Shown here one piece after another: positions 1-10,685 of a stretch of DNA of 64,000 bases. A program made the position numbers and the translations under genes. The stretch covers positions 15,624,001 to 15,688,000 of the forward strand of contig NC_135258.1 in NCBI RefSeq assembly GCF_964204865.1, read 5' to 3'. Each line of letters begins with the position of its first letter. The first letter of the stretch is position 1. The notes below the pieces were generated by a model. The model was not told where the DNA came from and made no database searches. It saw only the letters and a program-made list of their open reading frames with translations. Source of the stretch: Styela clava. Lineage: Eukaryota.

Positions 1-417
1 TTTTGTTGATGTTCATTCAAGAATGGTAATCCAACAATATAAAATGTAAGTGTTATCTCTGAAATCCCTTCCTATACTTTACCATAGCGAGTATTTTATT
101 GTCACTTTGGGGGCGTGTCAGAGATTTATAAGGTCAACCCTAGCTGAACTCTTAAAACAATCACATGAACTCAAACTCTTCAGTAGCAACGATCAAAAAG
201 TACTAACAAGTGACATCTAATATTGGTCTAATTTATCTTACTTTTACCGAAATATGTTTAAATTACTGCAACAAAAAAATTATCCAAAAACGAAATAACA
301 GCTGGGCTCTTCGATGAAATAAATCCATATGCTTTAAATTGTGGAACTAAAAACTTACAATTGAAATGCAAAATTACGCAAATAACAAGATTATAGTATA
401 TACAGTAGTACAAATTT

Positions 418-632
418 GGGCGCTCCATAAGTGTGTGTACCAATATAGAGGTAACTAATTTTGTTCGCCTTTTTTACATCAATTTGTACAAAGGGACTGA
501 AACCTATGGGCAGAGGGTATATTCACTCGGCAAGAACAGAAAATCCCCAAACTCGTAATAGAACTTAAATAAGGAAAATCGGAAAAAAATTATGGCTAAC
601 TTTAACCTGGTACACACACTACGGGAGTACCC
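418..632. mobile_element. MITE, short-TIR subfamily related to the 27992 element
   Basis: About 25-bp TIR gggcgctccataagtgtgtgtacca ... tggtacacacactacgggagtaccc, flanked by aattt on both sides. Aligns end to end with 47243-47458. Confidence 0.8.
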
Positions 633-1067
633 AATTTCAATGATACATTACCCATTGTCTGTATAGCGCCTTCCGGTGGAAGAATTTTAAAATACGATGA
701 CCTCGCTACCCGAAATCGCGCACCGTTTTTGTTTCTATTTGAACACTCCATCTTAAACTATAATGCACTATATAAAATTATGTAGTACTCAATTGCCATT
801 GGATCAAAATATACAGTGGGGTAATAACTAAATTATAATAGTGATACCCCTGATTGGATTAAAACAAATGTCATATGATAAAGCTAAAATCGCACAAAAC
901 AATCCAAATGTTCAGATTTTAACAATTTGGAATTGCTACCAATCTGTTAATAACACAAAACAAAATATCTGATGTTGAGACATATAGTCAGAACATGTCA
1001 GTATCAAAGCTCTTATGTAGCCTGTTTTATTCCGTCTGCAAACCAGGGGTTGAATGATCATCTACAC

Positions 1068-2401
1068 CATAGGTTCTCAAAGTGCTCCGTACGGAGCCCC
1101 AGGGCTCCGCAAGAGAAACCCAGGGGCTCCGCGAGCTATTCGATTACTTTTTAAAATACTGACTAATTTCGTAACTGTTCAAAGAAGCAATAACAGCTTT
1201 GATAATATATGACAACAGTATAGCCTCGAAATATGGCAAAGAGGCGGAATTAAAAAATGACATTGTTTATAAGCAAGAGCGCAGCAAGGATTCTTAAGAG
1301 GGAGGTGGTTCAAAATTGGAATCGGAAATTTCCGCGCAACATTTTTTGCGATTAAAAAAACGGATAACGAGATTTCTGTTGCGTAAAATATTCAATCCAT
1401 GTCCATGTCCACATATTCAATCGTTACTCACGTTTGATTCGAGATTACTATTAGGATTACTAAAATGAAAGCATACTATTCCAAAATAACATAAAATACG
1501 TGATAAACTGCCAACTATAAATAAATTGGAGTCGTATTTTTGCGATCTTGGAATTTGTCAAACTTGATTCGTTCTTTCGCGCTTAAGATTATTTTTAAGC
1601 AAGATATCGCCGTTTAAAAAATCGCAATGTCTGGGCAAAATACGAACAATTGAAATTTATTTTATTGCATTCGGCTCCGTTGGTAGTTTCAGAATGAAAA
1701 AGGGTACATCGCGGATCGCGCGCACAATTGATTGCGTGCGGCTCCGTCGGTAGTTTCAAAATGGGAAAAAAAGGTACATCGCGCGTACAATTGACTGTGT
1801 TTCGATTTCGCAGTTACTACTACGATGAAAACCTAACATAACACCAAATTTTGTGATTTACAATGTCTATAAAAGCGTTTTCAATCTGAGGCGAGTCTGC
1901 TGAAACCAAACGTGTGATCTTCCATTTTAAGTTTTAGTTTTAATATTTTAGAATGCCGCTTTTCAATCAAGAAATGTGAGTTGCGGATTTACCTCTTTAT
2001 TAATTAATATTTTTAGCATTTCATCGTCGATGACTATAATATGGTAACATATTTTTCACATTCAACTGATGATTCCCCACGAGATCAAAAAAGCAATTAA
2101 CGTCGTCATTGTGTAACAATACATGTATATGCCGATCGACCCCTAATTTATTAGTATGTTTGTCAAGTGTCAAATTTACAGCTTTAGTATATATATATAA
2201 TTTATGCTTAAAATTTAGTTTTATTTATGACTTGCATCAACCCTATTGAAAAAGGTTCAGCATTTAAATTGGGTAAAGTACTTTTAACTTGCTCAGGAAT
2301 ATTAATCTGAAAGTAACAATTTTAACATTTATTTTGGGGCTCCGTGAATAATAGTCAACCTTTTCAAGGGCTCCGCAACACCAAAAGTTTGAGAACCCCT
2401 G
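1068..2401. mobile_element. Non-autonomous hAT (Charlie-like) DNA transposon, 1334 bp
   Basis: Ends cataggttctcaaa ... tttgagaacccctg are imperfect TIRs, with subterminal ggggctccg repeats at both ends. Perfect 8-bp TSD atctacac (1060-1067 and 2402-2409). No transposase ORF. Confidence 0.85.
1668..1800 (+). repeat. Two-copy direct repeat (about 65-70 bp unit) inside the hAT element
   Basis: cggctccgt(t/c)ggtagtttca(g/a)aatg..aaaa.ggtacatcgcg...cg(c/t)acaattga occurs twice in tandem. Confidence 0.75.
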
Positions 2402-2594
2402 ATCTACACTACACAAAATGTTGCAAACAGTGTTCTGAACCGGAGTCGTATCCCACTGCCTACTGCATTGGCAATATACAAATAAAAGCAGAAAATTTAT
2501 TTAATATAATTATTTATTTGTAGTTCAATTTATTATTAAGTATTGTGTGGCGGAGTAGTATAAAACTTTTATTAACAATAGTCTGTGGAGAATT

Positions 2595-3879
2595 TCATAT
2601 AAAAATTCTGAAAACAAAATATAAGCCGCCACGATGAAATACAAACACTACCAAGAAAATGAGAGCGAACAAAGTCCATAGGAATGACGCCAGCCATTGC
2701 GCTGTTCGGTGGACAGTAGAAGAAACAAACCCTGCCACTGTATTAATTTTCTTCCAGCCCAGCCTCGCAAGGTAAGGCCGGGAACGGACAAGGAAACCAT
2801 CATTAGTCATTTCAGTACTCAACGTGAATAATTCACGGCCAGCTTATACTTTAAAATGGTCTCTAGGTTTGAGTAACAATAACGTTGACATGCCCTGCAT
2901 CATGAGGACTCTAACAAAACATCAGTCGATTCTACAGTATTACCTAAGTGGATATTTCTGTATAACCGTAAGCGTAAGGTATAACCGATTGATCGATAAT
3001 TGTAGATCTGTAACGTAGGATTTTAACACATATTACCTATTTATCCCTATGTCCGTTTTGATTTCATCCTTCGTCATGCAATAGAGTTTTCCATATTGAT
3101 TAGCACCCCATGCAAATACTTTGCATGGTTGATCATTAATATGACCCGAACCTTATATAACCATAAGGAAGCTCCAAATAACTCATTTTTGGACAGTCCC
3201 TTCCACAGAGGTTGAGATTCCTATTGTGACCGTAAATTGCCGACATACATTTATAATTGCTAGCATACACACATGCCTGTTCTTCCGATGCATCTGATGA
3301 AGATTGACTATCATCAATTCGATTTCCCATGCAATTTCGTTGACTTGAAAAGAGAGAAATATTTCGAATTTAAATTTTTCCTACAGAGATTCATTACAAC
3401 ATAACAAGTTATCGGAAGGGTAACTCATTGATAATAATTCACTCATAGTCATACCATATTTATTTATGTTGCATCTAAATTGCAAATGACCACAGTTGGG
3501 ATAAATCTGCAAATATAAGATAACGTATACCCCAGCTTTTTCATTGAAGTTGTCTCTACTCTAGGCATGTCATTACGCATATACTGCTTTCTCTCGGCGT
3601 TGTTCAGCTTCTCCTTGTTATTCACGAAATGTCCATGGATCAGTTTGTTATAATGGTGTTGTTGTACCGTTGGTATTTCCGTTCATCCTGTTGTTATGCA
3701 AAAATGAATGAATACTGCGGTACCGATAGTTTACTGTGGCAGACTGTAGACCCGTACTATTTCGTTTTGGTCTTCGTGTTCATATATTTGAGGATCGCTT
3801 TCTTGTATTTCATATTCTTCTGCGGTGAAAGGAGATCAGGGTAATCAACGTTGCGGTACCTATCTGTTGCCCATGGCAA
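2595..3879 (-). pseudogene. Probable decayed spliced gene of unknown family with a C-terminal hydrophobic segment
   Basis: Three minus-strand exon-like blocks (about 3879-3531, 3343-3152, 2910-2595) with acceptors tttgtgttcag, tttctctcttttcaag and gttttgttag. They join in phase (gg|t, ag|a) into protein-like text ending WLASFLWTLFALIFLVVFVFHRGGLYFVFRIFI*, with AATAAA just downstream. In-frame stops (e.g. TAA 2846-2844) and an apparent frameshift interrupt it. Confidence 0.4.
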
Positions 3880-6706
3880 CTGAACACAAAACAGCTATGG
3901 ACTTTGCAGTATTACGGGAGTCCATATGTCTGTTCAGTAAAGAGAGGGAAAACCTTTTTTACTGAATGGGTCACAAATTATTTTTATCATGAAAAAGAAA
4001 GTGCGGGTCATGTATTTTATTAATTTTTGCATCAATGAGAAACATGTTGTTGCATCTTTTGTCGAAACTTGCTGTCGTCTTTTCCTATTGTGTAGTTGCA
4101 ACGTAAGTCGTAAAGAACGAATGTACGTTGGTAAACTAGAAAAAAAACGAAAGGGCCGATTTTCAAACGATATGAACAGTATCCTGACTGCGGATAAGAA
4201 TCAATACCAGGAAAATGACGTAATGATGGATGCATTGGTATACCGAGTACCAAGCGAAACCAATGAACAAGAGTGCGACTCTATTACTAGAAACCCAACA
4301 AAAACAAAAGTGTGCAAATATAAAAAAGTCACTGCACATTTTAATATTGCTCTACTTGATTCCGAAACCAATCACTGCTCTTGTACGAATATTGATGCCA
4401 AGGCATACAGATTCAATCATATTTAGAAATAACTAAAGTAAACACCCATAACAATGCAAACACGATTTTGTTTGGAATAGGGCGGTAGAAGCTGGTTCAA
4501 TAATTGTTGCTCTCCAAAGAGATCATATTCACTGACCGCTAGATGAGATCAGAGAGTACAAGATTTGATGTTTTCGTCTCGAATTTGTCATTTATCGAAA
4601 CTCACTGGACTTGGAGCAGCAACAGCTGATTGCATACAGTAGAGTCACGGAAATTGGATATTGCTGATTATTAAAAGAAATAGTGGTAATACACAGGAGA
4701 ATAAATTTGGTTGCCAATTTCATCGCCTGTTTTATTTTTGTAATCGACATCTTATATATATTTGAAGAAGAATCAGCAAGTCACATAATTGTACCAGTGA
4801 CAATGCCATTAACTTAGGGAGAATCACATTTACTTTAAATTAAAATATTCTGAGGTATCTGGGTCGCTTTTTTTAACAAGCAATTTGCAATGTTTCAATA
4901 CTACACAATGTTGGCATTAGAACTACTTAATAAGCGCATTCTTACGGACATTGTATTATATTTAGTTGAACGTTGCAGCCCGAGTCGGCATTGCAGCATG
5001 CAGCATTGGTTGTGTCATTTATATGTCGGCATTTGTTGAGAAATACCTTAGCAGTTAAGATATGCATTCCCAAAAATACGATATACATTGTGAGACGGGG
5101 ACAATTTCGTTCATCTAAAAATAGCGCAATTCGTCTCAATCGGCCAAAAATAGATTAGCCCTTTCTAATACCAAGGCATGTGTTATTGATGGATGAATCC
5201 TTTTTACAGTGTTTTCAGTCTCATACAACTGTTTGGCAAGGTACTATCGAGTGTGGGCAATTTAAAACGACCTTTGATATATTAATTAATGATATTTAGC
5301 GACCTTGAGAACATATATAATATAATAATAAAACCAAATTCCTCGGAGGAAACAATAAAATATGTTATTAAAGTTTTGAAATAAGCGTATAGGAAATGCT
5401 TTCTTATAGTATAATAGTTGATAGCGTCCCCCAGTTCACGTTACTATTGTTTTATTCATGCTCCACATTGCCCATGCAGAGATTCGAATCATGGCCGCCC
5501 ATATTTGTGACATCACTAGTCACGATATATATATTATTCTTGTGGTACACGCTTGCCGGCAAAACAATGTGACAATAGAAAAACATGAAATGCTAATTGT
5601 ATATGACAAGTGATACCTGAAAATTTAGAACCGACACCTGTTCAATTTAAAAACACAATAGCATAAGGTATTATTTCTTATACCTGGCATAATGTGCATT
5701 CTCTGCGCTGAATATTGGTAGTTAGTTGGTCAATCGGTTGTGGAGATTCCAGGCAAAGATGTTGAACATTAAATTTCGCATATTTTGTAGATAGCGCTGA
5801 TTCTTCACCCCAAAATGACTTGAAATGCGTTCGTGAATGTAGCACGAAATTCAATACTTCCAGAATATCACTGGCATCGTTAGTTAATTGGGCATCGTGC
5901 TATTTACGATTATATACAAATGATGAAACGAAAACGACGAAAGATTATTTGATGAACGCGAGTGGCATAACGCCAGCAATTCTTTTGAGGAAAACATTCG
6001 TACTCATTGCAAGTAAATTGCAACTATTGTTTTGCAATTATTACTATATATCTTGTAATTGCTTTCAACGTGTTTGTTTGGTTCGACTTGAAAACGTCCA
6101 CAGAAATTATGGACAACGTCGAGATTAGGGCTGCGGATGGTTACGGAAAAAAACGTCGTTGCCGAGATTTTGGGGTATTCAATATTTGGAAAATGTATTG
6201 TGGCAGGCAAAACTTTTTTTATGAATGTCCAGCCTCCTGCAGCTGGCCGACTGTATTAGCCAAGAACGATTATAGATGGTCGAGCTGGAGGGAGATACAG
6301 CGATGTTACGTTATTTTATTGTGAGTTACCTCTCGTGAAATTAACAACGAAAGCAAAACGGAAGTTGGGCATTGTCTCGTAACAGAAGAACTCCCAAAAT
6401 AACTTGGTTACTTTTCATAGAAATGAATAAAGAAAACTTCGGACAATAGTCATTAAAGAATTGTTAACTGGTAGGAATGCGAATGTATTTGTTGAAAAGA
6501 AAAGGCATTCTTCAAACGATCGTTGTTTATATGACAACCATGTGTGGATCATGGAAACGTCAGTGTAATTTATTTCAATCAGTTAGTGATAGCGTTATGT
6601 GAAACCGCAAGATTTCGTTTTTCAACAAAAGCGCTCCCCAGACTGTCCCGTCTTGGTTTGGCTGCGATTGAATGATTTATGTCGTTTATTTATTTATTTG
6701 TTATAG

Positions 6707-6840
6707 AAATATAGGCTATTTGTGTAGGAAGTTCAAAGATTTGCTTATAGTATTGTTACGAGCAGCGTGCTTTGTCGCCCGTCGAAAAGAGCACAACATA
6801 ATAGTTCAAAGAAAGTTTGTACGGATGAACTGGTTAATTT
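6707..6840 (+). CDS. Putative upstream/alternative first exon of ERR encoding MNWLI(S)
   Basis: Acceptor-like tttatttgttatag ends at 6706. ATG AAC TGG TTA ATT T (6825-6840) is followed by a consensus gtaagt donor. The phase-1 end matches the phase of the exon starting at 10681 (ca aat atg), giving MNWLIS-NMCSTL. Confidence 0.45.
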
Positions 6841-8059
6841 GTAAGTATTTTTTTCTATTCTAACAATCCTCATGCAACATAGTATTATACTTTCAATTAG
6901 GAACTAAAATATTTAACTTTTCTATTCACAACTAGAGAAAAAGTGATATTGTTGGTGTTATAATATCCTGACAATCCATATTCGAGCCATAGGCGCAGCA
7001 AACTGCTTTCTGTCATTAGCAATGAAAAATTAAGTATAAATTTGCTCGTAACTTTGAATCATTATAAACTAATTGTGAATCTGGGATGTAAAGGGATGAG
7101 CGAGCAGGTTCGCGTTTGGTACACGCGAATAGTTCCTAATTGAGATGATCTGCAAGTTTGATGAAATCCAATCCGCTGTTACAATGATTTTAAGAATTGG
7201 AGGACGCTATAGGGTAACTCGATATTCGCATCTAACAAAGGACCAACGTACCGAGGCCGTTTGAATATGAGAAAGAAACCAACTACCACGCTTGATTGGT
7301 CCTAACAAAAATCAGCTGTTTTGCATTACTCGTACGGTTTTCATTCTCTTCTAAATTGACAGGTACCGCGAATATGTATTACTTGCTTATATGTTGACTC
7401 CCCGTAAGAATTTGAATTTACTGTTGTATAGTTAAACATTGACATTGAATCTATTCTATTATATGAATTTCTTTATTTGATTGGTATAAATCTGGCATGC
7501 CGATCTTCGTCGAGAGAAAGCATTTCTACCTATTTTGTGACATCACAAGGCTAGATGTATTTCTTTGCTTCTTCTGCCTGTTAGATATGAGCCTTGCATA
7601 ACTTATTTGGAAGTTAAGCGTCAAGCAGTTTCCGGCAGGGTATTACGTATTATGCGCAACTAATGTTGCATAGAATTTTACGTATTCTTGATGAGAGCAG
7701 ATATGGCGTAGTGATATGCACACACTTGAGTTAACGAAGCCTAGCGTAATGAAATCTGAGCTTCCGGTTAGTTAAGACCAAACCAACACATCGTATAGTA
7801 TTGCAAGCTAGTGGAGATGCATGCTAGGTTTTGTATGGTATGACTATATCTCTTCTTCACCAAATCTCTAATAAGTCAGATTGGAGCTGCAAAATACGAA
7901 TTTTTTAAATATTCGTGATTATCTTAAGACGCCAATTTTGTGTAACTTAGTCGTAGCCGCGATCGAGCATCAATGCTGCTGCAATACTCATGGTTAAACT
8001 TTTATTTGTTCCGTCCTAGTGCCAAATGACTATTGTTATGAGGTAATATCGTAAAGCAA

Positions 8060-8335
8060 ATTGTAACATAGCCAATGAAGTCCAAATTTGAAATTTACGT
8101 AATATCATTACTATTGCTAAATTGAAAATTTTTCAGCCTCACCTTACACCTCAATTTTCATCGTTACGTAAGTTGCGCAATATTTGCCTGCATCATCGGA
8201 TGACGTAGCCTCGCCGCCATTATGGCGCAATCTTGAGGGTCTTATCAATTCAAACTTTGGACGGACCGCCATCTTAAAAGCTATTAATGGAAGGTGGGGG
8301 CGCGTCCTGGAAACACGCCTACAAAATTTCTAGGT
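8060..8335 (+). promoter_or_regulatory. Candidate ERR promoter/enhancer (CpG-rich motif cluster)
   Basis: CCAAT at about 8072, TTACGTAA twice (about 8095 and 8164), TTGCGCAA at about 8173, TGACGTA at about 8201, palindromic CGCCATTATGGCG at about 8215-8227 and YY1-like CCGCCATCTT at about 8266, all in locally GC/CpG-rich sequence upstream of the first large ERR exon. Confidence 0.45.
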
Positions 8336-10685
8336 TTCTCTCTTTTCGGCCGATTAGAAATTTTCTTCGACCAACCTAGGTTTATGAATATTCGTTTGCG
8401 TCTACGAATTCAAGCATTTATTTTTATGTTTCAACCATATTTTTGGCTTTTTGACGTATTTAGGAGAAATTGTATAAATATAATACATGTTATACAAAGT
8501 CTTATTCATTCGGATCTGTTTTATCTGCGTATTCCAATATGTTTACAAGCTAATCGTGCTAATAATTTCAAATAAACACGCGTTGCATGTTGTATGTAAA
8601 CCATATATATATATGCCATCGCTCCCCAGTAGCTTTAATATGTTTATTTATAAGGGGTGAATAGTTTTCGGAGTAAATTTGCGTTTCATAGTTCAAAAAG
8701 TCGTGTTTGTCGCTGTGATTACTTCGATGAGTTTGTATTTATAGCGCAAATTGTGATCAATAATCTGGCCATGATGTTTGTAAACTAGTCAATTACTCGA
8801 CTATTTTTTACTTCTCTCACAATAGTTTGCCGTCAAGCTCATTGTCCATTCAATGATGGTGTATGCTGAGCTCAACGTATAATAATATCTGTGCCATCAT
8901 CAACGGTTTATGTATAATTGTTTATTATGTGGCTAATAGTAAAGAACCCTCTTACCGCGGGAGTAAATCTATCGCACAGACATATAGATTTTTATTTAAA
9001 TAATCTGAAATTAGGGCACAAAAATTCGCGATATTTGTTAGAAAGTAAAGTTTTCTAGGCGCATGATCAACAACTGAAAATCTTGTATTTTATTTGATAA
9101 TCATAATTTTTAATCTGCAACACGTGTATTATTGATTTTAATTATCGTATTACCAAGTCATATTTATTTTGTACAATTGAACTTCGAAATTGTACCGTAT
9201 TTTTCCATAGAGATGTGTGGTATTACGTATAACCATAACGTGTGAATGATGAAATATATACATACGGGAGTCATCTTGCAAACTTGTTAATTTCCAACAG
9301 TAATAGATTACATATTATCAGTTGATTAAACAGCTTACTCCTTCAAACCCGCAAAACCTATTCTCCTCGCAGAAATGGTGCGCCAACTACTACACATTCA
9401 CGCAGAGGTTTCACAGGGCGTAAAATTTAATTTTAATAATTGTTTGACTATTATGTCCCACTTTACAGATTACGTATTCACCTAGAATGTCAAAGTGTTT
9501 TTTTGAGAAAAATTTACTATTCCATTACAGTGTGTCGAGATGTGATCTGCGTATTCATTCCTTACTAGCGTCGATAAAACACAACTGCGCCTATATAAGC
9601 CTAAGCCGTCACAGCATTCACCAAGCTAAGTAATAAATAAAATGGCTCAATCGGGCTTAGCTTCGATTGTGCCGAGTAAACTGAATCATTCAACGATCGA
9701 AGCGTTTGCCGCACACGAGAGAATTCTGCAATACCTGCGCAGAAAAAAAGACATTTAACATTAACTAAGTAACATCGCATCGCGTAGGCCAACGTAACGA
9801 TTCCGGGTATTTTTCCATCAGCCATATAATATGACGTCTTATGATCCACGTCACTCATTTAGTGAAGTATCGCAACCAGCGGCGGATGCCTATGCAGGGC
9901 TTCCGTTGGCACAGAAAACCTCAAAAGATTGTCAGTGTCTCAGATGATATATCGATCTTGTCGCAGATAGTATTTTGAGTCTAATCAAGTGCGGACAATA
10001 GCTACAGTGCCTTGTCAAGACTAATTTACGTATTGCGTAAACTAAATGACTTTTTTCCTGGCTGTCGTATGTAGTTTTATAGCTTGTATGTAAAGGCGTA
10101 CATACCGTAGCCTCGAATAATGAACCATTTACTACAGCGCGATGCAAAGTAGCGTTTGTTTTGCTAGTGTGGTTATAGTAGAATTTATTAATAACACTTT
10201 ATTGCTTAACACGTTCAGACCATTTCGTAGCAGGCATGGATCATACAATGTTGTGTTTAATCGGCGATGTATTTATTCGGTCGGCCTTGCATGTTCCTAT
10301 AGTACTGCGTTGTCAAAAATACATATCGTTCACACTTTGGGTGATAGTGACGTTTGGACCTTTCAACACAAACTAGTAGTTGGTTATAATAAGTTTTTTT
10401 TATCACATTTTTTATTTTGACGCTGATGCCCAGCAGCTACAATATATATGTATTTTATTCTAAGCTTTGTACTTGAATTCGTCTTGAGTATCTTCAGCAG
10501 TCTATTATTAAATAGTCTAGTCCTTGAAAGTGGTACTTGAAACAACATTTTTTATTTCAATTAATCACAACTTAATTCGACTCCGAGACATTTAGATAAG
10601 AGTGAGTTTGTAAAGTAAATTGTTTGCTTGAACTTTAATTTAACCCCAATTTTTGGTAAATACATGCCTTCTTTTTACAGCAAAT

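Noticed and set aside
3989-4426. 145-aa plus-strand ORF
   Set aside because: No recognisable domain or convincing splice context; it may be the antisense shadow of the decayed minus-strand gene next to it.
5820-6324. Overlapping about 100-aa ORFs upstream of ERR, and the many other 60-100 aa ORFs in introns or antisense to exons
   Set aside because: Composition is typical of AT-rich non-coding DNA or antisense shadows of real exons; no domains or splice support.
6930-7270. Possible reverse-orientation Helitron/HINE-like fragment
   Set aside because: No second copy in the window and no clear termini.
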